Assembly: GCA_002633005.1 (NCBI GenBank)
Contig: NMRA01000038.1
Span: 643,329 to 707,328, forward strand
Source: Phoronis australis
Lineage: Eukaryota > Animalia > Phoronida
Reading direction: 5' to 3'
DNA length: 64,000 nt
Below, one piece after another: positions 47,687-60,312 of this stretch. The position numbers were made by a program, and so were the translations under genes. The notes under the pieces were generated by a model, which was not told the origin of the DNA, searched no databases, and saw only the letters and a list, made by a program, of their open reading frames with translations. Numbering within the stretch: the first letter of the stretch is position 1; every line of letters begins with the position of its first letter.

Positions 47687-48557
47687 ATGCAATGAACATA
47701 ATGCGAACATAAACGTTGCATTCACACTCTTTGCTTGTATGCCCCTCTTCCCGCTATCACGTGTATTGCACCGTTTATTTTGCATCGTGTGTTCTGAAGG
47801 GGCGAGAACCTCGCAAACACGCAAGATCATGCGAGACGTATGCGATCATACTAGATCCCGTAGCGAGATTCGTGCGTCTATGGAACTCAACCCTGGTTGA
47901 CTTGAGCTAAACGAATGTCTGGAGAAACAACGATAATTCGCTATTTGTATTGACGTCTCAAAACACAACGAATTTCATTGTTTTATAACTTTAGTCGAAG
48001 CTAACAACTTCAAAACGTACATCAAATTCAACAGTAATCCAAAAAATGCTTTCTTCGGCCCTAAAGACAACAACTTTAAATGGGGCCTTTTTGCAAATCA
48101 GAAACCTGTATTTATTAATGTGCTAACTATTTGTTTTCTGTTCTTCAGCATATAAAAGTAAGTTCTGTACCATTCAAGATATGACCGACACTCCCAGAAA
48201 TGAAAATATTAAATCATTATAATCTGTATTCTGTATTCAATTCTATTTTTTTTGGAGAATAGTTGGGAAAAGCTTCGACTTGAGTGATTTGCTTTGAAAT
48301 TATTTTATGAAATTTCTAATTGACTGAAGTTGAATAGCAAGTCTGTCTATGAGTACATTGACACTGGTGATTGTGAAATTGCATGCACATCTAGAAAGTC
48401 ACAATAAATACGTGTAATTTACTGAAACAAAGCTCATTATCAATTTAATTTATAATCATCTATTTCGATTCATGTAAATACATTTGAATATGAATTTTCA
48501 ATTTAGTGACAACAGAAGAAACCCCGTAAAATTTATTGGTAATTGTGGGCTGATTAA

Positions 48558-48996
48558 AGATACTTTAACTCTCCATTTTAGGTAAAAACTTCATAAAACG
48601 GATTTTAATGCAATTTAATTCAGCCAAATCTAATTTCAATTAGTACTCTTTCAACACAACTCCAAATATTTTCAAGTTTAATTTAATGTGATTTTTTGGT
48701 TTAATTTTTATATTTGGCTGTGCACCACCATCGAAAATGGCCGCCGTAGTGAGTGATAGCTGATTCATCATCGCTATGGATACTCACTCAACTGCTGTCA
48801 TTTATAATGAGGTCACCGCAGAAACCCCGCCCGCTTTTTAAAAACATAAAAAATAAGATATTTATACACATAAAAATAATAGCATAATAACATAAACAGG
48901 ACTGAAAGTAACGAAATGTCTATATTTCTGTGTTATGTTTCGACTGACGAAACCAATTCTGTGTTCTAAATGGATAAATTTAATGGAAGAGTGTCT
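48558..48996. mobile_element. TTAA-flanked non-autonomous DNA element (Kolobok-like)
   Basis: ttaa|agatac...gtgtct|ttaa; duplicated at ~60905-61346. Confidence 0.45.
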
Positions 48997-49927
48997 TTAA
49001 GGTTATGTAAGACTTTATCAACAAGTCTGCATGTTTAACCAAAAATTTACAAAACTATAGGTTTTCACTCACTATTTTTTCTAAAAGGAAAAATTATGTA
49101 ACATTTGATTTTTACTTTTTACTAAGCTGTCATTATTTGGGTAGCTTGATCGTGTTTTTAGTAAAATGTAGCAAAAAAGAAAAGTAAATTGACAGCAATA
49201 CCACATTACCAAAATCACTAAAAAATTAAGTTGCGTCCAAGATGAAATCTCAAAAACGCTGTTGCAATTTCATAAGTTACAGTTTCTTTTCCATTTTATG
49301 AAAATGTTCACTTTTTCATAAAAGCCGTTGAGCCCTATTTTTCGAAAGCCTTTCGTGCAAAAATGAAGTATTATAAGCTTAATTCCTATCAGCGTTTTGG
49401 AGAATAGTGCACAAAGCATAGTATCTGAAAGCTTCATATCAATCTGATCAGCCAGTTATGAGATATAATGTTTCACAGTTACCCAAAGTTGGACCAGTTT
49501 CTAGAGACCTTCATAACTTAACTTTCTTGGGACCTTAAGCCACGAGAAGTCTTGAGGTCTTGCTAATTTGAGCTTCGCCACTCCCCCCCCGGCTAATGCC
49601 AAACCAACTCCCACCCGCAACCTAAATTTTGAAAGACCAATCCACCATCCATCACTTCGGCCAATAGTACCCGGTCAGTACAAGGAGAGATCTGTGGTTG
49701 CGAGATAGGTCTCCTAATGTCTATGATGGACCCTAAGTTACACCTTACAAATAGTCTAATGGGTAGTACGGGATTCAGTGTTAATGAAGCACCACTGGAT
49801 GACGGAGCCATATGTTGACATTTGTAGAACGCGATGCGGACGACTTTCTCTCCTGCAGCACCCGCGCCGAATACATTCCGTGTGTTACAAGCATTTTCTT
49901 TTCAGCAATGGTCTGCATCAAAGTCTT

Positions 49928-50148
49928 TCAGTTGACAACTACTTCGCACAGAGATAAAACGTCGTAATTTGCGTAGGTAGTATTTATCTGAATCGTCAGA
50001 TATCTCCCGCGTACAACAGGATCGCACGTCAGGGTTTTGGTCAACTCTTCTGCCCCAAATTCTCCTTGATGGAAAGTGCAAGTCTCGCTAGAGTTCGCTG
50101 TATTTGATGAGTTTGACACCTTGATGTAAAAGTCGCGTAGTCTTTCAC
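49928..50148 (-). CDS. F-type lectin copy A, last exon
   Basis: atttag|..ERLRDFYIKV...CDPVVRGRYLTIQ...VLSLCEVVVN*. Confidence 0.9.
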
Positions 50149-53100
50149 CTAAATAAATCCAAACAAGAAACAAAAGCAACACTGGTAATGTTTAAGTTTT
50201 TAAAAACAAAGCGCATACCATACCATTACAAACTTGTCTCGAAGTTTCCTTTGCTATAATTGATTTATATAATTGAAAGGAAAGGTCACGTGACACTGAC
50301 TCGAAGAGACCCTGTTTTAGACGGGAATGAAACACCTCGTTGCGACACAACCCATGCACGAGTTACCCATGACCTGAGTTGCCGGCTCCTTCGGCAATAA
50401 GTCAAGTTCGTAAGAGAACTGTAATGTTTTTAAACCGAAAAACGCTTAGGTTAAAAGTGCTCCAAACCCGGTTTTGGCCTATTAATAGATATTAAAAACG
50501 ACATTCCCATCCAATTTCCTGAAACGAAATAATGCTCTATAACCCTCGACAACCCTCAAAGGTTTGGAGGGAAATTTTGAAAACTTCTTTCGAAGTCTGC
50601 TAAATGCGCAAGCGTGACATGCACTTTTAACGAATCGAAAGGCAACTGTGGAGAAAGATCACTCGCCAAGAACCAGGAGAATACGTTTTAGTTGATTAAT
50701 GCTTTATCTTTTAAGATTTGCATTACCAGTTGACAGAACGAGGATAGGTTGAAAAAATCAAAACAGAGCTTAATATCCTTTTAAAAAATTCACCACTGAC
50801 ATCTAAACAGGGGTGAAATGCCCTGTCTAGCCACACAAAATACAATCGATCTTACTGTTCTCTGACCGGTTCGTAATGGTGACATTTAGTATAACGAACA
50901 CGGTCTCCAAATCAACCTGCCACCAGGGGTCTCTCTCCCGGGAAGTATGAGTGCATGAGCCGTGATAATATTGCGAGTTTGAGTAACCGTCAACAGCAAG
51001 TGAAGCACATCCATCGTGTCCTACGCTTGATTGCGTAGCAGGTTTGTTTAAAGCGACATTCTGTTTTACTGCAACAAATAATGAACGTATATACATATAC
51101 ATACATACATACATACATACATACATACATACATACATACATACATACATACATACATACATACATACATACATACATACATACATACATACATACACAT
51201 CATACATACATCAAAGTATCTCGCCAGCATGTTTTCCTTGAGACAAGTTTTGTTGAACTATATACGCTCTCCTTTTTATCTCTGGAAAAGCAGCTTGCGA
51301 CGCACTCATTTCATTACATGAGTACTGTATCGTGCAAATGCCTTGAGTATATTCTTCATACATGACTTCCTTATGCAACAACTACTCTGACTTTGGTATA
51401 CTCATGCGCTCTCCCAGGAGGGAGGACTCGGGGCGCTCGAAAGAGCCCCCCATTAAGCGAAGTGGGCAAGGGAGAAACAAAAAGTTCGAGAAAATGAGAC
51501 AAAACTCCACTAAATAAGCACAAACGCGCAATTCACAATTGCGCCTCCGTTTTTTTTTAGTCCGCCTACTTCTTTTGCTACTAACAGGTCCACAACGTCA
51601 GGAATTCGAGCCCCCCTTATTGAAGGCTAGGTGCGCGCATGATACTACTGATTCTACTTGGGGGACGCTGTGACGATGGTCAAATGGAAGCATTTTGTAG
51701 ATTGCCTCATCTTGAGGGGGAGACAAAGCGGGGGCAGGGGAGATGGAGTACTCGCGAAGGACCGTGAGGGTGTACCCACACAAAACATTCCAGGCGTTAA
51801 GGTGAAATCGGCAAGGACCAACGACGGAGAGCACGGGCTGTCGGGAAAGACAGTGAAACATTTAAAAGAAAGAAGACCTTTAGATAAAATTTTTCTCGTA
51901 TCAATGTTGGAATTGCCCTTTGGCGTCCCATTATGCAGTGTTGATCGTCCACGGTCACTCTAAAAGGTGCTTTATTAGAAAATTTCCCAGAAAACTTGTT
52001 ACCCAATGATGTTCAGGGAAAACTGATTTAGGCCTTTAAAAGAGTTCAAGAAGATAATTTTATGAATCCGTCCTAACTGACCAGCAATCCCTTGAGTCAT
52101 ACGACCGTCTGAATAAAAAGAAACATCCTTATACGACAAGTATAGCATACGAGAGGCCTTTAAAAGAGTTCAAGAAGGTAATTTTATGAATCCGTCCTGA
52201 TTGACCAGCAATCTCTTGAGTCAAACGACCGTCTGAATAAAAAGAAACATCCTCATACGACAAGTACGGCATACGAGTTTTTACTGAAAAGTCGCGTCGT
52301 ATCACCTGCCCACACACTCCAAAGCGATAATACGAAAACTCGGAGGGTTTAGACTTTGGTAAAGTGCCGGCGACTGTAGCCATCAGCGCATATTGCGTAG
52401 CCTGCACAAGGGATCAGGGTCAACTAAACTTTAAGAATCATTGAAAAGACTTTCTTTAAATTCTTCAATCTGAACTCTGAAACCCCGATTCCCTGGTCAT
52501 TAAAGGCTAAAGGTTGCAATAGCATTGTAAACTTTTGTAGTACGCGGCAAATTGGCCGCAAGGTGGTCCAATGTAAAGTGCCAGTTTGTTTGGAGCTACT
52601 TTGAAACACAGTGAATGAAATTGGACACCACTTTACTCTCCAGGCTTTTCTTGAAATAACGATATTGGTTGTAAGGACACGAGATAGGTTTATACGATCT
52701 TTAAATGGTTTCAACCTTCGCGACTCGTATTCCTAAGGTACTGTCTCCAAAAACAAGAGTATTTCTCAATCACCAATTAAATCAAGGAATAAAATGAAAA
52801 TACTCGACATTTGAANCTTGCTTCCACAAAACATTTTCTTTTTTATTCTGTTTTCGTTACCCGAAAATGAACAATGAAACCATCAGTGACTCAAATAAAA
52901 CGCTTCAGATTTTATTGGTGTTGGCCAAACCTAAAATTAGAGTTTTGAAAGTGTCAACCGAAATCAGCACATAATTATTAACTTCGACAACTAGTGCGAA
53001 AGGTGCTTAACATTTTTTTACCTTAACATAAATCTCAATATCCTTCCGCTGTGGTTCGTCGGCACTGCAAACTTCGACGACGTATATAGTACAGGTCATG

Positions 53101-53318
53101 GAGTCGGCGTCAAAAGCAAAACCGGTACATTCACGTTCACCATAACATGCCACACAGCAGTCAGATAAGTCACTCGTGTTCAAGAATTCATGCTTCATCA
53201 AGTTGGTGATCTGGAGTGCCTGCTTCCTTTTGAAATAGACCTTTGACTGGACACAGTTTGAAAGAAATCCAATCCACCAGAAAGCAAAACTCACAAATAT
53301 TGTCCTGCGAAGCAACAT
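49928..53318 (-). CDS. F-type lectin (fucolectin-tachylectin/FTP domain) gene, probably with N-terminal signal peptide + PAN/apple domain
   Basis: FTP exons ~51068-50856 and 50148-49928 join in phase 1: NVAL.KPATQSS, AVDG..N, SCTHT..E..PWWQVDL, V.ITNR, GRY.TI, L.LCEV.V. Joining to the upstream exon 53318-53022 is inferred across an N join. Confidence 0.75.
50856..51068 (-). CDS. F-type lectin copy A, N-terminal half of the FTP domain
   Basis: KQNVALNKPATQSSVGHDGCASLAVDGYSNSQYYHGSCTHTSRERDPWWQVDLETVFVILNVTITNRSEN|gtaaga. Acceptor at 51068 or 51060. Confidence 0.9.
51091..51197. repeat. (TACA)n microsatellite
   Basis: About 25 units next to the lectin acceptor. Confidence 0.95.
51403..51641. 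mobile_element. CATGCGC-terminus MITE, 5-bp TSD ATACT
   Basis: atact|catgcgc...gcgcatg|atact. Confidence 0.82.
52029..52264. repeat. Local direct duplication of ~115 bp
   Basis: aggcctttaaaagagttcaagaag...atacgacaagta occurs twice. Confidence 0.85.
53022..53318 (-). CDS. Signal peptide + PAN/apple-like domain exon
   Basis: MLLRRTIFVSFAFWWIGFLSNCVQS (signal-like), then SDCCVACYGERECTGFAFDADSMTCTIY (C3C5C..F.F....C apple pattern); donor AAG|gtaaaa. An upstream ATG at 53339 is also possible. Confidence 0.75.
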
Positions 53319-54643
53319 GTTCGTTTCAAGCCTCCGCATAAACAGATACTTCCTTGTCTCAATGACAGAAATACAGTGGATACACGCGCGCGCTCATTAT
53401 AAAAATACAAAAAAAAAATCAAAAAAAAAAAATATCACACAAAGTGGCCAGTAATCAATACATTTCAAACAAATAAATCAACCTTTCATAATTGAAGAAA
53501 AAGTTTCCAAAACTAAATTTTGAGCGTGGTGTTGATTCAGAGATTATGTCAGCAACTAAATAATGACATCATACTAATTAACTACTTTAGGAATTCTAAA
53601 ATCAATTTTTCTAGAATACAGGTTCGTCAAGTTGAACAAATATAAGTACATAAGAATAATTGGATACCACGTAATTTGCTAATTAGATTTAAACGATTCC
53701 AGGTGTTTTCCTTGAGAGGTTACTCCTCCAATGTATTTCAGTTTTTCGCCTCTACACTCAGGAGAATAGCTTTTCAAGTAACATCTACTTGGCAAGGACT
53801 CAGAAAAACTGACAGCTGTTTGCAACAACAGGACAGCCGTCGCACACAAACAATCGGGGTTACTCCCATAAAAGCGGTATATGGGACATGCCACTCAGAA
53901 AGGTAACTTTTCAGGGTCTGCAGTTTCCCTACGAAATATTATGTTAATGCAAAATGTTGCTTTTAGGAGTTGATTCGCTACAAAGTGCCACTTCATGAGT
54001 TAAAAACTACTCAAGGCACACAAGGTTCCACCAACTACACAAGTCTTCAAAATGGTTTTAAATATTGTTACGTTTAAAACTGGTTATAAAAGACTTATGT
54101 TTGACATCACATATCTCCATGTACTCTTTCAATCAGAACAGTTTATAAATCCACCTGTTTCTACGATAGGATGTAGGTTTATGGAATAAATCCCTACAAA
54201 AACGATGTTTCTGGAACGGTGCCCTACTAGAAGGGTGACATTTCGAGGAAGCTACGTCCAATTAATTTTTTCTGCATCCACTCCCAGAGGGGCGAGTGTC
54301 TTGATTTTCCAGCTGCATCCCCGTTAAAGCTACAGTTGAGTATCACCCCTTGGGACGTATTTCAGTGTGAAAGCAGCGCCAGTCAGCCTATACTAGCGAG
54401 TAAAGTCGCAATGCAATGAAGCAGAGTTGATCTTGAAACATGGATTCAGGTAGTTTTAAATTTTAATCTGGAACAATGAAACCCCCAATTTTATTATCAC
54501 AGAAGGCTAAAAGTTATGAATGGAAAACTATACACTAATATTAAATACAATGCCCAACGTACATTACACTGGAATTCAACACACGCTGGTTCAGATGCAA
54601 GTAGTTCCGGTATAAGCGTTAGCGTAACAACGTAAGTTTATGA

Positions 54644-54860
54644 TATGCGCGCTCTCAACCCAAAATGGGGGTGCTCGAATTTTGAGAATGTAGACCCTTT
54701 ACTAAGATTCGCGGGGTACGTTCAGAGCTATAAATTGTGCATTCGCCAAGTTTAGGTAGTTCCTTCGAGTTTTTGTTTCTCTAAAGGGGACCTTTTTGCC
54801 CACTTCGCCAAATGGGGGGTGGGCTCGTTCGAGCTCGCCGATGCCCCCGATGTGCGCATG
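54644..54860. mobile_element. (C/T)ATGCGC-terminus MITE, 5-bp TSD TATGA
   Basis: tatga|tatgcgcgc...gtgcgcatg|tatga; related to 51403 in reverse orientation (cccacttcgc, gggct..ttcgagc). Confidence 0.75.
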
Positions 54861-56800
54861 TATGAAGGGCCTTATCGACAAGTGTGTGTATTAACCAGAT
54901 ATCTACAAAACTAAATATTTCAGCTCAGTAAAATCATAATATTTTCTAAGAGTAAAAATCTTGCAGCACTTGATTTTTGCGAGTTGGTTTGAAACAACTG
55001 TGGATGAAATTAAACACCATTTTGTTGTCCAGGTTTCTGAAATAACGGTAATCGGAACAACTCGTTATGACGAGACATGTTCATAGCAGCTTCAAGATTC
55101 TTTACTCGTATTCCTAACGTATTGATAACAGAAGCAAGTGTATTTCTCAATCATCAAATCAAAAAAGGATTAGAATCGAAACACTCAGTACTTGAACATC
55201 ATACAAAACATAAAATCATTCTTTTACCTTGTCGTGGTGAGAAACTGACCGAGGAGATTGACTGAAATGCAACAATAAAGCAACGTAGCCGTTAATGGTG
55301 GCTGAAAGAACAAACTATAAATTACATGTGTCAAGACTGGATGAAATGAGACAATGTAGTAACTGGTAAAAACATATAAAAAAGAAATGAGCATTTCACT
55401 GTCATACAATCGGTCTTATAACATTTCTTATCGGGATTTTATTTCCGTTACCAACGAGAACGTCGAAACCATCAGCGACTCAAGAAAGACTTCAGCGTTT
55501 ATTGGAGTTGGCCAACTCAATCAAAAAATTGAGAAATCGAAAATAAGGCGTTGCTTTTGACTTGAGTTGGCAACGGAAAAGGAATCCAGGAATCTGGTAA
55601 AGAATTGATTTTATGAGTGTAAAAAAAACTATAAACTTGATTTTTCACTTTTGTTTTTAAGCCAGCTAAATAGTGGAAAATGCAGTTTTATGTTCAGAAC
55701 TGTTATAGTCACTGAACTTTTTTATGTTTTAGTCTCCATATTTCATGATTGAAAAACAACCAGATTGTAAAATTTTATTCCGAAATGTTAAAACCGTGAA
55801 TGCGTTTCACATAATTGAAACGTCCTTTTCCTGTACTCTAAACCCCCAAGCAGACCTATCTTTGAAAATCATTGTTTCGGTTCACGCTTAATTAAGGATG
55901 GAACTCATGTGTTTTAGTAGAATAATAGCTTCACTAGAAGGTTCACCATGGCAAACATGATTATCATCCCAGCTTGAACTTTGTGATTTCGGCTTGACTT
56001 AATTATTGTTGGGTGGCACTTAAAGACGTGAATCAAACCAGTGTAATAATTATGTCAAACAATTTGTTCATTTATTGTTAATTAGCTTCTTCCAACGACC
56101 GTTTTCACCAATTGTGAAAATAAAATGGTAACTTTTAGCTTCTTGACATTTTGAATTGTGCAAATTAAAGTTAGTTTTTGCCCGTTTAGCTGACTGAAAA
56201 CTAAAGCAAATTAGCTATTTTACTTTCATAAAACCTGTAATATAGTTTTTATATTTATTATAAGACGAGGGCAAACGAGATAAAGTACAATGAATAACGA
56301 ACAATAGACAAATTAAACTTAAATTAATATGCTCTGGTCAGGAGTGTCACAAGACAAAATTCAGCCGAAGTCGGATTACAGATATTATTCGGGCGAAGGA
56401 GACGTCTGAGAGAGTCCACAATACCACCATTACATTCCTTTTCATGATGGGATTTGATGTCCGTTACCAAAAAGAACGTCAAAACCATCATCGACCCGAG
56501 AAAACGTTTCATAGTTTAGTGGAGTTGACCGATCCTAAAATTAGAAATTTGAAAACCGTGCATGTACGCATTGCTTGTGGTTTGAGTGGCTAGGCGGTAA
56601 CAATCAAGATCGGGTGATACTGGTAATATTTTTAAAACGAAAGCCTCAAAGCGTTTCGGCTAAGAATTGAACTTCGACAACAACACAGCGTCACTCAATG
56701 GTTCAGAATATAACATTTAATAATCAACAGATCTAAACCTGCGTCATTTAAAGCAACCCATATTAAATCCAAGTAACCATGTGAAAGGCACATTTTTTAC

Positions 56801-57092
56801 CTCAACATAGATTTTGGTATCTTCTGGCGGTAGTTCGTCGACACTGCAACCTTTGGCAAAGTAAAGAGTACAGGTAATGATTTCCACGTCAAAAACAAAA
56901 GCGGTGCAATCACGTTGAGCATGACATAACATGCAGCAGTCAGACAAGTATCTTCACGATTTCATGCCTCATGAAATTAGTGTTCAGGTGCATGTGATTC
57001 CTGTTGAATTGGAACTTTGACTGTACGCATTTAGAAAGGAATACAGCCCATGAGAAAACGACCACTTCAATAAATGTCCTGCGCATCGACAT
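56801..57092 (-). pseudogene. Frameshifted paralog of the signal peptide + PAN/apple exon
   Basis: MSMRRTFIEVVVFSWAVFLSKCVQS...MRHEIVK, then a 5-nt deletion relative to 53022-53318, resuming SDCCMLCHAQRDCTAFVFDVEIITCTLY...KIYVE|gtaaaa. Confidence 0.75.
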
Positions 57093-57770
57093 GTTCGTTT
57101 GCGGGCTACGTAAACCAGCTAGCTCCTCGTACAAATACACACGCGCGCTCATTATAAGAAAATGGAAAACAATTCAAGCAAAAAAAATCTCACGCAAGGT
57201 GTCTAAAAATTAATACATTTCAAACGAGCAAAACAGTCCCATATAATTAGAGAGTTTTTCGTAACAAAATTTTGAGTACGGTGTTGATTCACTTGAGCTA
57301 CTTAACACTGAAATTATACTAATTAACTACGTCAATCGCAAATCAATGTTCTTACAATGCATCCTCGTCACGTTGAAAGAATCATAAATAAATCAAAATA
57401 ATTGGATAACAAGCAAATTACTCACAAGACTTAAAAAATTCTCACATGACCTGGAATGTGAGTACCGAGTACGTAATTTTTTATTTTACATGGGCGAATC
57501 ACAAAAAATCGCAGAGTAGAAATCCATACGCCTTACATTTTATCGTCTGCAAAAACACTAATACCAAGAACTAAACAGTGCCAGAATTCAGTGAAGGAGA
57601 CAAGGTCATGGTTGAAAAATCAGGTGTCGCAACTGTAATTACTGTACATGGTACACGGTAAAAAAGATGGGACACACTTTCCTTTAACATTCACGAAGCC
57701 AAACTAACAAAATTAGCTGAAAGTGAAAAATGTCTCAAGTGTAGCAACAAAAGTTGATCAGCAGATTGAT

Positions 57771-58690
57771 ATGGTTCTTGAAGAAGACTACGAATTCGAC
57801 AATGACGATCTCCATATCTATCCTGGTGATAAACGACTTTATGTGACCAGGATCAGGAACAAAGTGCACCAGGATCTACTGAAAAAGAATTTAACTCAGT
57901 TAGAAGAGGAACGTAAAATGTCCGAAGCTGCATTTGACAGAGAGAAAACAATTTTGATGGACAAACTTCGCAATATCAAAGCATTTCGACAAAACTATAA
58001 GAACTCTGGTTCTCCCGTTGGAGACGGATCACGTGTAAAAAAGGGAAGTGTCAGTAAACTTACGGGCGTAAATCTTAGTAAAAGTGAATCAAATGCGGAT
58101 GCCCTGAAAAGTTCAGAAAGCAAGTTGATACTCCCAAAACTCGTCATAAAGCAGTATTCAGACTCTGAATCGACTGACGAAACGGACGGAGAAACAAGCG
58201 AATCGTAAGACTCCTCTTGTGCGTTAGGGCATTGCATGCATTGCATTGCATGTGCGATCGAGCCAACAGCCTGGGAAGGGAAGTAGACTTAAACAAATTT
58301 CCAAGTCTTAGTCGTTTTCAGAGTAAGACTTTCCGAGCTAGAGGTTTTAAATCCTCTGACCTGGGGTCCTCAAGCAATTCACTTTCGTCTGCTCGCAGCG
58401 AGGAAGTTTCAGAAAATGCTCGTAGTCCAAAACCTTGGCCAGCATTTCTCAGACATCGATGTTTGTCTCAGCCAAACGCTCTCCTGCGAATACCACCCAG
58501 ATCTGACAATGAGCTTCACGCAAGAATGTCTTTGAAAACATTTAGTAGTGCTGACGATGTCAGGAATGGCAGTGGTGCTTCAGACTTGGCACGGCATGTG
58601 CAAAGACTTTCAAACAACGGAGTGTCGTCTGCCCCGAACTCTCCTTTGTTGACGCGCATATTAAAGAAGCATTTTTTACCAAATTATAAA
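57771..58690 (+). pseudogene. Disrupted copy of the 304-aa Ser-rich gene
   Basis: TCG>TAA at 58206-58208, a gcatt/gcat expansion frameshift near 58230-58260, and loss of the original stop. Confidence 0.85.
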
Positions 58691-60312
58691 GGTAAAATTG
58701 TGTTTTGGTGGGCATATTTCTGAAGTTTTGTATTTCTTTTGTAGGTTTTGTTAGTGTCATTTTAAAACATGTGTTCATATTGAAAATCAATAAAACAATA
58801 TATAATACAATTTAAAATGTTGTCATTTGATTTGTATGCTTATGAATGACGCGTATCGAAAAATTGACCTGGGAGAACAGTAATGGGAAGAATAGGGTTA
58901 TGAAAGAGGCGTCTTTTTCGTGGGGGTGTACATCTTTAATAATGTGGCAAAAACGTGAATGAGGTTTGGTGTTTGACAAGCAACCCGACAGATTAAAAAA
59001 GTCGAGAAGTCGTTCATCTTTCCCATATCTTCCGCCCTTCCTATTTTGGTGTCCGGCCTTCCCATATTGGACGGTAGAGCCGTTGCAAAGGGTGCATTCA
59101 TTTGTATATTTGAAGGGAAGAAGGAGAGCGGAATAGTGTAGGGATGAGAGGACAGTGGCTGGGGGGGGGGGGGGGGGGGGGGGGNATGCCTATAACAACC
59201 GTGACCTAAAGTGTCATAATCGGCAACAATGAATTATGAATCAAAGCGGCCAGTTGAACAGAACATGACTTTTATCAGACAACTTCAGTTGCTAGGAGGG
59301 TTTTCATAAAAACGTTTCATGTGCAGACATGACGTCAAAAACAAAATACCATGGTATTGAAATCACACGAACATAATGGAGTTTGCTGTTTAATTGCTCT
59401 GGTCGAAGTTCATAACTTCAATAAGTCTGCTCTGCTCAACAATTGTGTGAAACATGCTTTTGTCGGCTCTTTGATTAGCGACAGTTTCCACGTCATACGT
59501 TATTCAAACTAATTCCACCAACAATGAAATCACATCGCTGCCCAATAACATTGTTTCATCATGCATTCAACAGCATAGAGAGCCCAATCAATGCTGCGCA
59601 GGGGACGAATTTTGAAATTTTATGTACCTGATCAGGGTGGCTATTGTCCGATTTACTTGAATCTGTTTGCATCTCGGCACAAGGTTGCTGATATATTGAC
59701 ATATTTCGTTGAAAACACGACTAAACTTTCTGTTTGAAAGCTTGATACAGAGTCGCTCGTAGTGTCTAAAAATTTCCGTTGTTCAGGTGTGCAACTATGT
59801 ATCAAAACACCGAGAGACATAATAAACAAACAAATTACAACACTAGCTATATTTCGAAACTGCATGTCTCATCATTAGGCAATAAATGCAATGAACACAA
59901 TGCGAACATAAACGTTGCATTCACACTCTCTGCCTGTATGTAACTATTCCCGCTATCACGTGTATTTCACCGTTTATTTTGCTTCGTGTGTTCCGCAGAC
60001 GCGAGAACCTTGCGAACACGCAAGATCATGCGAGACGCATGTGATCATATTAGATCCCGTAGCGAGATTCTTGCGTCTATGGAACTCAACCCTGGTTGAC
60101 TTGAACTAAACGAATGAATGTTTGGAAAAACAACGATAGTTCGCTATTTGTAATGAAATCTCAAAAACACAACGGATTTCATTGTTTTATGACTTTAGTC
60201 GAAGCTAACAACTTCAAAACGTATATCAAATTCAATAGTAATCCAAAAAATGCTTTCTTCGGCCGTAAAGACAACAACTCTAAATAGAGCCTTCTTGCAA
60301 ATCAGAAACCTG

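Noticed and set aside
50990-51365. MYVC/HTYI repeat ORFs
   Set aside because: These are (TACA)n microsatellite translations; only 50856-51068 is coding.
52306-52401. Extra 96-nt lectin exon (cag|...CAG|gtgata, minus strand)
   Set aside because: The splice signals are plausible, but the peptide matches no domain I recognise and does not resolve the phase problem; unsupported without RNA data.
57723-58723. Two separate genes (161 aa and 168 aa ORFs)
   Set aside because: They are the two halves of one pseudogene, split by a nonsense codon and a frameshift.
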